This document shows, one piece after another, positions 30,642 to 39,256 of a DNA stretch of 64,000 nt. A program made the position numbers and the translations under genes. Numbering within the stretch: the first letter of the stretch is position 1; each line of letters begins with the position of its first letter. The DNA is from Candidatus Eiseniibacteriota bacterium (lineage in GTDB: Bacteria; Eisenbacteria; RBG-16-71-46; SZUA-252). The notes under the pieces were generated by a model. The model saw only the letters and a list, made by a program, of their open reading frames with translations, searched no databases and was not told where the DNA came from. Location: the NCBI GenBank assembly GCA_963703225.1, contig OY969801.1:3008001-3072000 (forward strand), given 5' to 3'.

Positions 30642-30938
30642 TCATCCCTCCATCCACACCCGGGTGAGCTGCCAGGTCATCTCGCGCGAGTCGTAGCGAA
30701 TCTCGTAGAAGTCGGCGTTGTCGGCGAGGAGCGCGAAGTAGTGGATCTTGTTCTGGCCCTCGTGGCGGACCCAATCGCCGGTCACCTTGGCGATCTTGAC
30801 CGTCTTGTTCTTCCAGCGGAAGCGGATCGGCTTCATCCGCCCCGCGGCGAACATGGTGATGACCTCAATGGGATCGTGGATCGACTCGATCATGAAATAT
30901 CCGTCTTGTTCTTTCGGAAACGAGTACGCATGGAGCAT
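30642..30938 (-). CDS. small conserved protein, DUF6504-like (alternative start 30893)
   Basis: PIRFRWKNK...W...YEIRYD...WQLTRV; TGATG overlap with the lexA stop. Confidence 0.7.
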   Translation of the reverse strand: MLHAYSFPKEQDGYFMIESIHDPIEVITMFAAGRMKPIRFRWKNKTVKIAKVTGDWVRHEGQNKIHYFALLADNADFYEIRYDSREMTWQLTRVWMEG

Positions 30939-31657
30939 CAGCCAAGCCTCCGGTGGACGCCGACCACCCGGCCCGCCACGCGCACTTCGGGATCGGTAGG
31001 GCGGACCTCGATCGGCTTGTAGTCGTCGTTCTCGGGAATCAGGAGAATCTTGTCGCGGCGCGGGAAGACCCGCTTCACCGTCGCCTCGTCGCCGATCAGG
31101 ACCACGGCGATTTCGCCGCTCTTGACCTCCGACTCGTGGCGGACGATGACGAGATCCCCGTCCAGGATTCCCGCGTTCTTCATGCTGTCGCCCCGGACGC
31201 GGAGGGCGAAGTGCTTGCCGGGCCGCACGAGCGCGCCGTCCACGATGAGCACGTCCTCGATGTTCTCTTCGGCAAGGATCGGCGCGCCGGCGGCCACACG
31301 GCCCAAGATCGGGATTTCGTACGATTCGGGGGTGCGGCGGGCGAAGCGGGATGCGACCCCGTGCGGCACGGATTCTGCCGGCTCCGCCGCTTGCAGCTCG
31401 ATCCCGCGCGACGTCCATCGGTCGCGGCGGATCCTCCCCGATTGTTCGAGACGGTCGAGGTAGTAACGGACCCCGTTGGTGGAGGCGATCCCGAGCGCGA
31501 CCCCGATCTCTCGGATCGTGGGCGGATAACCGCGCTCGCGGACCGACTCCGCGATGAAGTCGAGGACCTGCCCCTGGCGTTCCGCTCCCGTCGCCAGGTG
31601 GGCGGGGCGGCGCTTGCGGGCCGCGCCTGGGGTCTTGGGTCGAGTGGGCTTCTTCAT
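30938..31657 (-). CDS. lexA: SOS repressor LexA
   Basis: RGYPPTIREIG HTH, GRVAAG cleavage site, GDSM Ser, EATVKR Lys. Confidence 0.95.
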   Translation of the reverse strand: MKKPTRPKTPGAARKRRPAHLATGAERQGQVLDFIAESVRERGYPPTIREIGVALGIASTNGVRYYLDRLEQSGRIRRDRWTSRGIELQAAEPAESVPHGVASRFARRTPESYEIPILGRVAAGAPILAEENIEDVLIVDGALVRPGKHFALRVRGDSMKNAGILDGDLVIVRHESEVKSGEIAVVLIGDEATVKRVFPRRDKILLIPENDDYKPIEVRPTDPEVRVAGRVVGVHRRLG

Positions 31658-31667
31658 GACGTAAGGA

Positions 31668-31696
31668 AGGATACTGCACATTTGTGCAGTTGTCAA
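31668..31696 (-). promoter_or_regulatory. lexA promoter TTGACA-N17-TATCCT containing palindrome ACTGCACA-N2-TGTGCAGT (candidate SOS box)
   Basis: Palindrome at 31673-31690 fills the -35/-10 spacer. Confidence 0.85.
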
Positions 31697-31872
31697 GGGG
31701 CGGGAGCGAGGGGGCGGTAAATTCCTTCAATTCCCTTGCTGCACAGCGACTTCCCCGTAGTATGCGAAGGCTGTCGATGGAAGATTGAAGGACGTAGACT
31801 TCGACGCGTATCCGGTTATCGTGGGGCCGTCTACTCGTGAGTCATCCGAGCCAGAGGCAAGAGGAGGCAGCG

Positions 31873-32397
31873 GTGAAGGCAGCGCTCAAAGGCGGCGCCG
31901 TGGCGGTCGGATACGCTGCCGCCATCCTCATCGCCTTCGCGGCCGTTTCCATCCGCGTAGCGAACACAAGCGGTCCAGACGCACAAGCATCCAGCGGCAT
32001 GTACGCCGCCGGCGATACCTTTCTCTTCGTCGCTGTATTCGGTGTCTGCGCTCTGGCGCCCACGGGTGCAGCTCTCGTCTTCCTCAGACCCTACCCGCGC
32101 TTCTGGGTGGTTCTCTCAGCCTTGTGCCTCGGTCTCGCCGTCACGGGTGTTTCAGCAGCCGCCCTGTTTGCCATGGGGAGGACTGCGGAGCCTTCTCCCA
32201 TTGCCACCTTGGCTGCTTTCTCCGTGCTCAGGATCCTTGTCTCGCCACTCCTTGCGCTCGCCTTCCTCGTGTCCGGGCTTCTATCACCGTACGGTTACCC
32301 TCGCCTCGCGCTTCTTGGGTCGACCGTCATGGAGTTGGCTGTGAGCGCATACGGAGGGCTCGTCTGGTTCTTCCCCATGCTCTTTCACAAGCCGTAG
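31873..32397 (+). CDS. hypothetical membrane protein
   Basis: About 5 TM segments; GAGGAGG SD before GTG. Confidence 0.7.
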   Translation: MKAALKGGAVAVGYAAAILIAFAAVSIRVANTSGPDAQASSGMYAAGDTFLFVAVFGVCALAPTGAALVFLRPYPRFWVVLSALCLGLAVTGVSAAALFAMGRTAEPSPIATLAAFSVLRILVSPLLALAFLVSGLLSPYGYPRLALLGSTVMELAVSAYGGLVWFFPMLFHKP

Positions 32398-32428
32398 CCC
32401 GACCATGCGCTATGATAGTTACGAGCCA

Positions 32429-33406
32429 ATGTCCATGACGCTCGAGCCCGTCCGCCCCATAACACTCGCCGAGATACGGGAAGCGCGCGCCCGCATCGCG
32501 TCGACCATCCTGCGCACGCCGCTGGTCCGCCTGGAGCTCGGGCCGGACTTTCCGGACATCCGACTCAAACTGGAGAACCTGCAACCGATCAACGCCTACA
32601 AGCTCCGGGGCGCCGCCAATGCCGTCGCGATGCTCCCCGAGTCCGAGCGCAAGCGGGGCGTCTGGACGATCAGCGCGGGAAACGCGGGCCAAGGCGTCGC
32701 CTACGCGGCGAGGAAGGCCGGCGTACCGTGCTCGGTCGTGGCGATCGAGACGGCACCGGCTTCGAAGATCGAACGCATGAAAGCCCTCGGCGCGAAACTC
32801 TTTCTCGTCCCTTACGAGGTCGCGTGGAAGGCCCTCGACGAGCGATCGTTTCCCGGAGTCGAGGGCACGTTCGTGCACCCGTTCGACGATCACAACTTTG
32901 TCGCGGGCCACGGGACCATGGGCTTGGAGATCCTTGAAGACGCTCCCGACACGGCGGCGGTCATCGCCGGCATCGGCGGCGGCGGGCTCATCTCGGGCGT
33001 CGGCAGCGCCGTCAAGGCGCTCAAGCCGGAGATCCAGGTGTGGGGCGCGGAACCGGAGACCGCCGCTCCCGTGGCGCTCTCGTTTGCCAAGGGATCGCCC
33101 CAAGAGTTCAAGGAGTGGAAGGCTTCATTCGTGGACGGCGCCGGCGGCCAGAGCGTTTTCCCGCGCATGTGGCAGCGAATGAAGCCAGTGGTGGACGGGT
33201 CCATCGTAGTCAGCTTGGAAGAGGTCAGGAGCGCCATGCGGCTCATGGCGGAAAAGGCCCGGGTGATCTCGGAGGGTGCGGGAGCTCTGTCGCTCGCCGC
33301 TGCGTTGACGGGGAAAGCCGGTCAGGGCCCGATCGTTGCGATTGTCTCCGGCGGCAACATCGATCTGAAGAAGTTCTCCGAGCTGATCGAACGTCCGTCC
33401 GGCTGA
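32429..33406 (+). CDS. PLP-dependent threonine/serine dehydratase family enzyme
   Basis: KLENLQPINAYKLRGA, SAGNAG, IGGGGL, VSGGN. Confidence 0.9.
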   Translation: MSMTLEPVRPITLAEIREARARIASTILRTPLVRLELGPDFPDIRLKLENLQPINAYKLRGAANAVAMLPESERKRGVWTISAGNAGQGVAYAARKAGVPCSVVAIETAPASKIERMKALGAKLFLVPYEVAWKALDERSFPGVEGTFVHPFDDHNFVAGHGTMGLEILEDAPDTAAVIAGIGGGGLISGVGSAVKALKPEIQVWGAEPETAAPVALSFAKGSPQEFKEWKASFVDGAGGQSVFPRMWQRMKPVVDGSIVVSLEEVRSAMRLMAEKARVISEGAGALSLAAALTGKAGQGPIVAIVSGGNIDLKKFSELIERPSG

Positions 33407-33430
33407 CACGCAACGGCGCGGAGGAGCGTC

Positions 33431-33961
33431 ATGCGTCTTCCAGTGTCTGTTCTCGCGGTGGCTGGTGCTTTCATCCTCGGCTGCGCGAAGCAGCCCGAGT
33501 CCGGCTACACGCACATCGGTCCGGATACTCTTCCCCTCGCCAGCTATGAACGCCCTCCCGCGGCAACCTTCGACCGCTCGAGCTACGCGATCGAGCTGCG
33601 GCAGATGGGCAGTTTCTATGATGTCCCGGGAGAGGCGGGCTCCTTCATCGACGGAGAGGACTATGGATTCGAGTCCTTGTCGGTCATCATGACCGAGACC
33701 CAGCCCCACGGCGGTCCGCCGCTCCACACCCACGATACGGAGGAGGCCCACGTCGTCTTTCGCGGGCGTGTCGAGTACCTCATCGGGGATCGCCGCTTCA
33801 CGGTGGACGGCCCGTACATCGTGCGCATCCCTGCCGGAGTTCCCCACGCGTTCATCAATGCGGGTACGGTACCGTTGAATATGACCGCTGTCTTCCCGAG
33901 CAAGCGGATCAGCTATACGGAGAAGGGGCCGAATCCGCTACTTCATGGCACCGGGCGGTGA
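33431..33961 (+). CDS. cupin domain lipoprotein
   Basis: ILGC lipobox; PPLHTH..EE, IPAGVPHAF. Confidence 0.8.
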   Translation: MRLPVSVLAVAGAFILGCAKQPESGYTHIGPDTLPLASYERPPAATFDRSSYAIELRQMGSFYDVPGEAGSFIDGEDYGFESLSVIMTETQPHGGPPLHTHDTEEAHVVFRGRVEYLIGDRRFTVDGPYIVRIPAGVPHAFINAGTVPLNMTAVFPSKRISYTEKGPNPLLHGTGR

Positions 33962-34623
33962 TGGAGCTTGAGCGCAGCACGAAGCTGGCCATCTACCAAC
34001 ACTTCGCCGCGGTGGGCAGCCGCCCTTCGGTGCATGACATCGCTGCGCGCGTGGGCGCGGAGGTGTCTCAGGTTCGCGAGATCTTCACGCGACTTCAGGG
34101 GCAGCGAGTCCTGGTGCTGGAATCCGATGGGGAGTCGATTCGGATGGCTCCGCCTTTCTCGGGAATCCCTACGCAGCATCGCGTGACGTCCGCTGGAGTG
34201 TCCTACTATGCAAACTGCGCCTGGGATGCTCTCGGCATCCCTGCTGCGCTGCAGCGACCATCAACGGTGCATTCCCGGTGTGAGCAGTCGCTGGAGCCTC
34301 TCGAGCTCGCGGTATCCAGTGATGGTCCTGAGTCGTGTGATTGGCTGTTCCATTGCGTCGTGCCAGCGGCCCAGTGGTGGGACGATATTGTCTTCACCTG
34401 AAGCAGGATGCTCTTCTTCCGGTCGGAAGAACGCGTCCGCGAGTGGTGCTCCAGTGAAGGCTATCCGCTGCGGCCTCTGGTCAGCATGGACCAACTCTGG
34501 GGGCTTGCCCGAGAATGGTACTCGACGCGCCTCCAGCCCGAGTCCCGCCGACCGCAGCCCGCCGAGATGCGCCAGATCTTCGAGCGCTTGGGCCTGGTCG
34601 GAGAGTTCTGGGACCCACAGTAG
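33961..34623 (+). CDS. MerB-like organomercurial lyase, probable selenoprotein (UGA at 34399-34401)
   Basis: RMAPPFS, YANCAWDAL, WWDDIVFT-UGA-SRMLFFRSEE continues in frame to TAG at 34623. Confidence 0.82.
34406..34438 (+). promoter_or_regulatory. bacterial SECIS-like hairpin
   Basis: GGAUGC/GCGUCC lower stem, UUCUUCC/GGAAGAA upper stem, GGUC loop 19 nt after the UGA. Confidence 0.75.
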
Positions 34624-35007
34624 TGGCGGAGCAAGGATTCATCTTCGACGAGGTCGCCGGACATCCGGTTCACGAAAGCCGCCGCGGCGCTGGGGCCAGG
34701 CAGCGCACTGGCGCTCATCGGCAACGTGGTATTCAGAAGGGGCCCGATCCCCGCGCTCTTCGCCGAATCGAATTGCTTTGGCCCCGTCTCGTGGCGCAGC
34801 TACCCTTGGTCCAAGACCTACTCGGTGGACGACTACCAAGATCTTCTTCGCACCCAATCCGACCACCGGATGCTCCGCCACGATCAGCGAGAGTCCCTGC
34901 TCGACGCCGTGGGCGACGCGATCCGGCGCAACGGGGTGAACATCGAGATCGGATATACGTCGCACCTCCACCTGGCCGCGCGTCGCGAGTCAGGAGTCGG
35001 ACCCTGA
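34623..35007 (+). pseudogene. class I SAM methyltransferase remnant with internal deletions
   Basis: EQGFIFDEVA start, then DIRFTKAAAALGPGSALALIGN and LLRTQSDHRML in another frame; no SAM-binding motif. Confidence 0.55.
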
Positions 35008-36069
35008 CCCGGCCACCAGTCCCCCTTCACGTCTTCTGTTTCGGCCTCCTCGCCTTGGCATGGCCGGCGATCTGTCGTGCCGAGAAGACGGACGCGGTAG
35101 TGCTCAAGAACGGCGACAAGATCACCGGCGAGGTGAAATCGATGTCGCGCGGGAAGCTGGACTACAGCACGGACGACGCAGGACGGCTGGCCATCGAGTG
35201 GGTCAAGGTGGCGCGGATGTTGAGCCCTCGCACATTCGAGGTCGAGGTGGCGTCCGGCGTCAAGTACTATGGCCGGCTGGGCGTCACCGACCGGGATGGC
35301 GTGCTCGCGATCGTGGGGGAGAATGTCGACTCGCTCGAGATCCCGAGCGTGGTCCGAGATCAGCACGCTCGACGCACGAATCTCCCAGCGGCTGAGCGCC
35401 TACCTCGACGTGGGGCTCACCTTCGCCAAGGCCAACCAGGCGACGACATTCAACCTGTCGGGGGAGACGGCGTATCGCGGCGACAGATTTGGAGGCAGGA
35501 TTACCGTCGACTCCTACGCCCAAGGTCAGGAATCCACGTCGACCGCCACCCGCAACAGCTTTGGGCTGCAAGTGACGCGATACCTGCCCAAGCGATGGTC
35601 GGCCATTGCCCTCGGCGCGACGGAGCAGAACGAGGAACTTGACCTCGCGCTTCGAGTCACGGCCGCCGGCGTGGTGGGTCGCGTCCTGGTCCAGTCGAAC
35701 TCTTCGGAGGTGGGTGTCGGGGGTGGGCTGGCGGTAGCCCGCGAGCGCTTTTCGGCGCCCGATTCGGACCCGACCGCGGAAGAGGAGACCAATACCAATC
35801 TCGAGGCCCTGCTGGTCGCCCAGTGGGAAGCGTTCCGGTTCGACACCCCCAAGCTCGACTTCTCCACGTCGCTGTACCTGTACCCGAGCCTGACGACAGG
35901 CGGGCGGGTTCGCGGCGAGTTCTCCACGCGACTCAAGTACGAGCTGTTCGCGGACTTCAACATCGGGATCAATCTCACGGACACGTTCGACAGTCGCCCG
36001 CCGGAGGAGACCGCCTCGAAGAACGACTACATCATGTCGTTTACCATCGGCTGGTCGTATCGACGATAA
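35004..36069 (+). CDS. DUF481 family outer-membrane protein, +1 frameshift near 35355
   Basis: KTDAVVLKNGDKITGEVK in one frame, beta-barrel ending FTIGWSY in the next; start uncertain (CTG). Confidence 0.7.
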
Positions 36070-36425
36070 TGCCCATGCAGGTCATCAAGACCGCCGCCTT
36101 CACGCTGGAGCCGCAGACGGTGGCGCATGCGGAGGAGATGTTCCTGGTCCTCAGCGATCCGGCGATTTACGAGTACGAGAATGAGCCGCCGCCTTCGCTT
36201 GAATGGTTGCGGGCCCGGTTCGCAAAACTCGAGTCGAGGCTGTCCGCGGACAGTCAGGAACAATACGAAGTAGTCTTCCTCTCCGCGACGCTTAAGCGCG
36301 AGAACGTCCGCTCTCTTCGCTTGCTGGAACGCTTGGGCTTCGCCCTGGCCTCGCCCGAGCAGCGCGTCGAGCATCGGGTGGAGCCCGGCGAGCTGCTGAT
36401 GCGCCGAGAAGTCCATCGCGCATGA
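36069..36425 (+). pseudogene. GNAT acetyltransferase with central deletion
   Basis: LEPQTVAHAEEMF N-terminus joined directly to NVRSLRLLERLGF; acetyl-CoA motif A absent. Confidence 0.6.
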
Positions 36426-36462
36426 GGCGGGCCGCGGTGGTCGCCCTCGGAAAGGAGATTCG

Positions 36463-37092
36463 ATGGGATCGGCACGCGACGCACTGAGACGACTGCGCGA
36501 GGGTAATGCCCGATTTGTCTCGAACGTGCGCGGTCCCGATGCGTTCCTGAGCCATACCCGCCGCGCCGACCTGGCAGCGGGTCAGGAACCATTCGCGATC
36601 ATCCTCGGGTGTGCCGATTCGCGCGTTCCGGCTGAGATCGTGTTCGATCAGGGTCTGGGAGACTTGTTCGTCATTCGCGTCGCCGGCAATATCGTCGCGC
36701 CCTCCCAGGTGGGAAGTGTCGAATTTGCCGCTGCGCGCTTCGGCACGCGGCTGGTGGTGGTTCTTGGTCACTCCAAATGCGGGGCGGTGCTGGCCACCCT
36801 CGAAGAGCTTCAGAGACCAACCGAGAGCCAGTCTCGCAATTTGCGGTCCATCGTGGACCGCGTGCGGCCGTCCGTGGAAGGGCTTCTGGCGACCGACTTG
36901 AAGCACCATTTGAACACACTCGTGGCGGAGGCAGTCCGGGCGAACATTCGTGCGTCGGTAAAGCAACTACGGCATGGCTCCGACGTCCTGGAACAATTGA
37001 TCCGGGACGATGGTCTGGTCGTCATTGGTGCCGAGTACTCTCTCGAGACGGGCGTGGTTGAGTTCTTCGATGAGGCGTCGGATGCCGGGTGA
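36463..37092 (+). CDS. beta-class carbonic anhydrase
   Basis: LGCADSRVP, RVAGN, GHSKCGAV. Confidence 0.95.
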   Translation: MGSARDALRRLREGNARFVSNVRGPDAFLSHTRRADLAAGQEPFAIILGCADSRVPAEIVFDQGLGDLFVIRVAGNIVAPSQVGSVEFAAARFGTRLVVVLGHSKCGAVLATLEELQRPTESQSRNLRSIVDRVRPSVEGLLATDLKHHLNTLVAEAVRANIRASVKQLRHGSDVLEQLIRDDGLVVIGAEYSLETGVVEFFDEASDAG

Positions 37093-37555
37093 TGCGGCGA
37101 ATTCGGCGCGATGGACGCCGGCGAACCCTGCTTACGAGGAAGTCGTCCGGGAGAGTCTCGGCCGGCAGACCCTCATGCGCACCCTGGGCGTGCACCTGAC
37201 CCACATTGAACCGGGCGCGGTCGAGCTTTCGGCCCCCTATTCTCCGGAGCTCGCCCAGCAGAACGGATACTGGCACGCGGGCGCCGTGGCGAGTCTGGCG
37301 GACTCGGCCAACGGATATGCAGCCTTCAGCCTCGCACCTGCCGGGACGGATGTCCTGGCGGTGGAGTTCAAGATCAACTTGCTGGCCCCAGCCCGCGGTG
37401 AGCGTTTTGTTGCCGCGGGCCGCGTGCTGCGGCCGGGCCGAACACTGACCGGCTGCTTGGCGGAGGTCTTTGCCGTGAACGGTGACGAGCGGGCACTCAT
37501 CGCGACGATGATGTCCACGATCATCATCCGGCCCATTCCTTCATCTTCCGAATAG
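37082..37555 (+). CDS. PaaI family thioesterase
   Basis: QQNGYWHAG, ADSANGYA, EFKINLLAPA. Confidence 0.9.
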   Translation: MPGDAANSARWTPANPAYEEVVRESLGRQTLMRTLGVHLTHIEPGAVELSAPYSPELAQQNGYWHAGAVASLADSANGYAAFSLAPAGTDVLAVEFKINLLAPARGERFVAAGRVLRPGRTLTGCLAEVFAVNGDERALIATMMSTIIIRPIPSSSE

Positions 37556-37568
37556 GAGATCGAAGCGA

Positions 37569-38129
37569 TTGCGTGTGAATCGTAGGCGAGTCATCCTCGT
37601 CCGGCACGGCGAGTATCAGAGCGCGTCCAGGTCGAGCCGCGGCGGAAGGCTGACAGCTCGGGGGAAGCGGCAGGCCATCCACCTTGCAAAGTACCTGAGC
37701 GTGGAACCGGCAACGCGAGTTGTCTGCAGCGACCTCACTCGCGCGAGGCAAACAGCGCATATTCTGCATCGCGTTGGCGGGCATCCCAAGGCCTCTGTGT
37801 CGGCGGCCCTTCGGGAGTTCCTCCCGTCGTCGATTCCAGGTAGGGTCCGATTGACTCGTGCCGACCAAATTGCGGCACACAGGCACCTACATCGAGTGGT
37901 TGAGACGTACTTCCGTCCGGGGGATCTGGAGGTCCTGCTCCTCATCGGGCACGGGAACCTCATTCGTGCACTGGTTTGTCGAACTCTCCGGATGCGCCTT
38001 CACCAGTGGCACAGGATGTCTCTCAACCACTGCTCTGTCACCGAGGTGCAGATTGGCCCTGCGGGGGAGCGATTCTTGGTTCGCTTCAATGAGGTGGGAT
38101 TCATGCCACGCTCCATGAGGACCGCATGA
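37569..38129 (+). CDS. histidine phosphatase family protein
   Basis: LVRHGE, SDLTRARQTA, HGNLIR. Confidence 0.85.
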   Translation: MRVNRRRVILVRHGEYQSASRSSRGGRLTARGKRQAIHLAKYLSVEPATRVVCSDLTRARQTAHILHRVGGHPKASVSAALREFLPSSIPGRVRLTRADQIAAHRHLHRVVETYFRPGDLEVLLLIGHGNLIRALVCRTLRMRLHQWHRMSLNHCSVTEVQIGPAGERFLVRFNEVGFMPRSMRTA

Positions 38130-38166
38130 TGAGGTTGCTAGGCACTTGATTGAGGGGGGAAATCCG

Positions 38167-38538
38167 ATGAAATGGTACCTGCGAGTCCTCCGGAATTACG
38201 CCGGATTCTCTGGCAGAGCCAGACGGAAGGAATACTGGATGTTTACCCTGTTCACCACGCTCATCATATGCGGTTTTCTCATCATCGATATGGCGATCGG
38301 CACATTCGATAAGAAGTCCGGATACGGACTCCTCGACGCCCTCTACATATGCTCTACCGCTGTTCCCAGCCTCGCGGTCACGGTGCGCCGACTACATGAC
38401 ATCGGCAGAAGTGGTTGGTGGTTTCTTCTCGGACTGATCCCCATCGTCGGCGCGATCGTGCTCCTTGTCTTCATGGTCACGGACAGCCAGGCTGGCGCGA
38501 ACCGATACGGACCGAATCCGAAGGAGGTAGCGGTGTGA
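38167..38538 (+). CDS. DUF805 membrane protein
   Basis: FSGRARRKEYW, VRRLHDIGRSGWW, NRYGPNP. Confidence 0.92.
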   Translation: MKWYLRVLRNYAGFSGRARRKEYWMFTLFTTLIICGFLIIDMAIGTFDKKSGYGLLDALYICSTAVPSLAVTVRRLHDIGRSGWWFLLGLIPIVGAIVLLVFMVTDSQAGANRYGPNPKEVAV

Positions 38539-38548
38539 TGGGTCGTTC

Positions 38549-39163
38549 GTGATCACACTCGCTCCGGTCACACTCGAAGGCAACGGCGTCCGGTTGGAGC
38601 CTCTCACCCCGGCGCACCAGGATGGGCTGGCCGCCGCCGCTGCCGACGGCCGACTCTGGGAGCTTTGGTTCACCTCCGTTCCCGAGCCTGCGAAGACGGG
38701 CGACTACCTCGCGGACGCGCTTCAGGGCCAACGAGAAGGACACATGCTGCCGTGGGTGGTTCGCGAGCTGACGGCGGGCACGATCGTGGGCACCACCCGC
38801 TACCACGATATCCTGCCGAAAGTCGACCGTGTGGAGATCGGCTACACCTGGTACGCCGCGCGTTGGCAGCGCAGCCACGTGAACACCACCTGCAAGTTGC
38901 TGCTGCTCACGCACGCGTTCGAGACGTTGGGCTGCCGCGTCGTCGGATTCCGAACGGACAACTTCAATTTCACGTCACAACGGGCGATCGCGGCTCTTGG
39001 CGCCCAAAAGGACGGTGTGATCCGTCACCACCACACCCGGCGGGACGGGACCGTCCGCGACAGCGTGATGTACAGCATTCTCGCGGCGGAATGGCCGGAC
39101 GTGAAACGCCATCTCGAGACCCGCCTGACGCGTCACGCGAGTGGCGGCCGCCGCTCGAAGTAG
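38549..39163 (+). CDS. GNAT N-acetyltransferase
   Basis: VEIGYTW, QRSHVNTTCK, RDSVMYSI. Confidence 0.9.
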   Translation: MITLAPVTLEGNGVRLEPLTPAHQDGLAAAAADGRLWELWFTSVPEPAKTGDYLADALQGQREGHMLPWVVRELTAGTIVGTTRYHDILPKVDRVEIGYTWYAARWQRSHVNTTCKLLLLTHAFETLGCRVVGFRTDNFNFTSQRAIAALGAQKDGVIRHHHTRRDGTVRDSVMYSILAAEWPDVKRHLETRLTRHASGGRRSK

Positions 39164-39256
39164 AACCAGCGGGGCTGATGCGACATAATACAGCCGCCAG
39201 GGTTGTCGCAGCAGGTCTGCGATTGTTCGATGTCATCAGGAGACGGGGGTGCAGCA

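Noticed and set aside
31738..31752. Second LexA site GCTGCACAGC
   Set aside because: Only a half-site, with no GTGCA at N4 spacing
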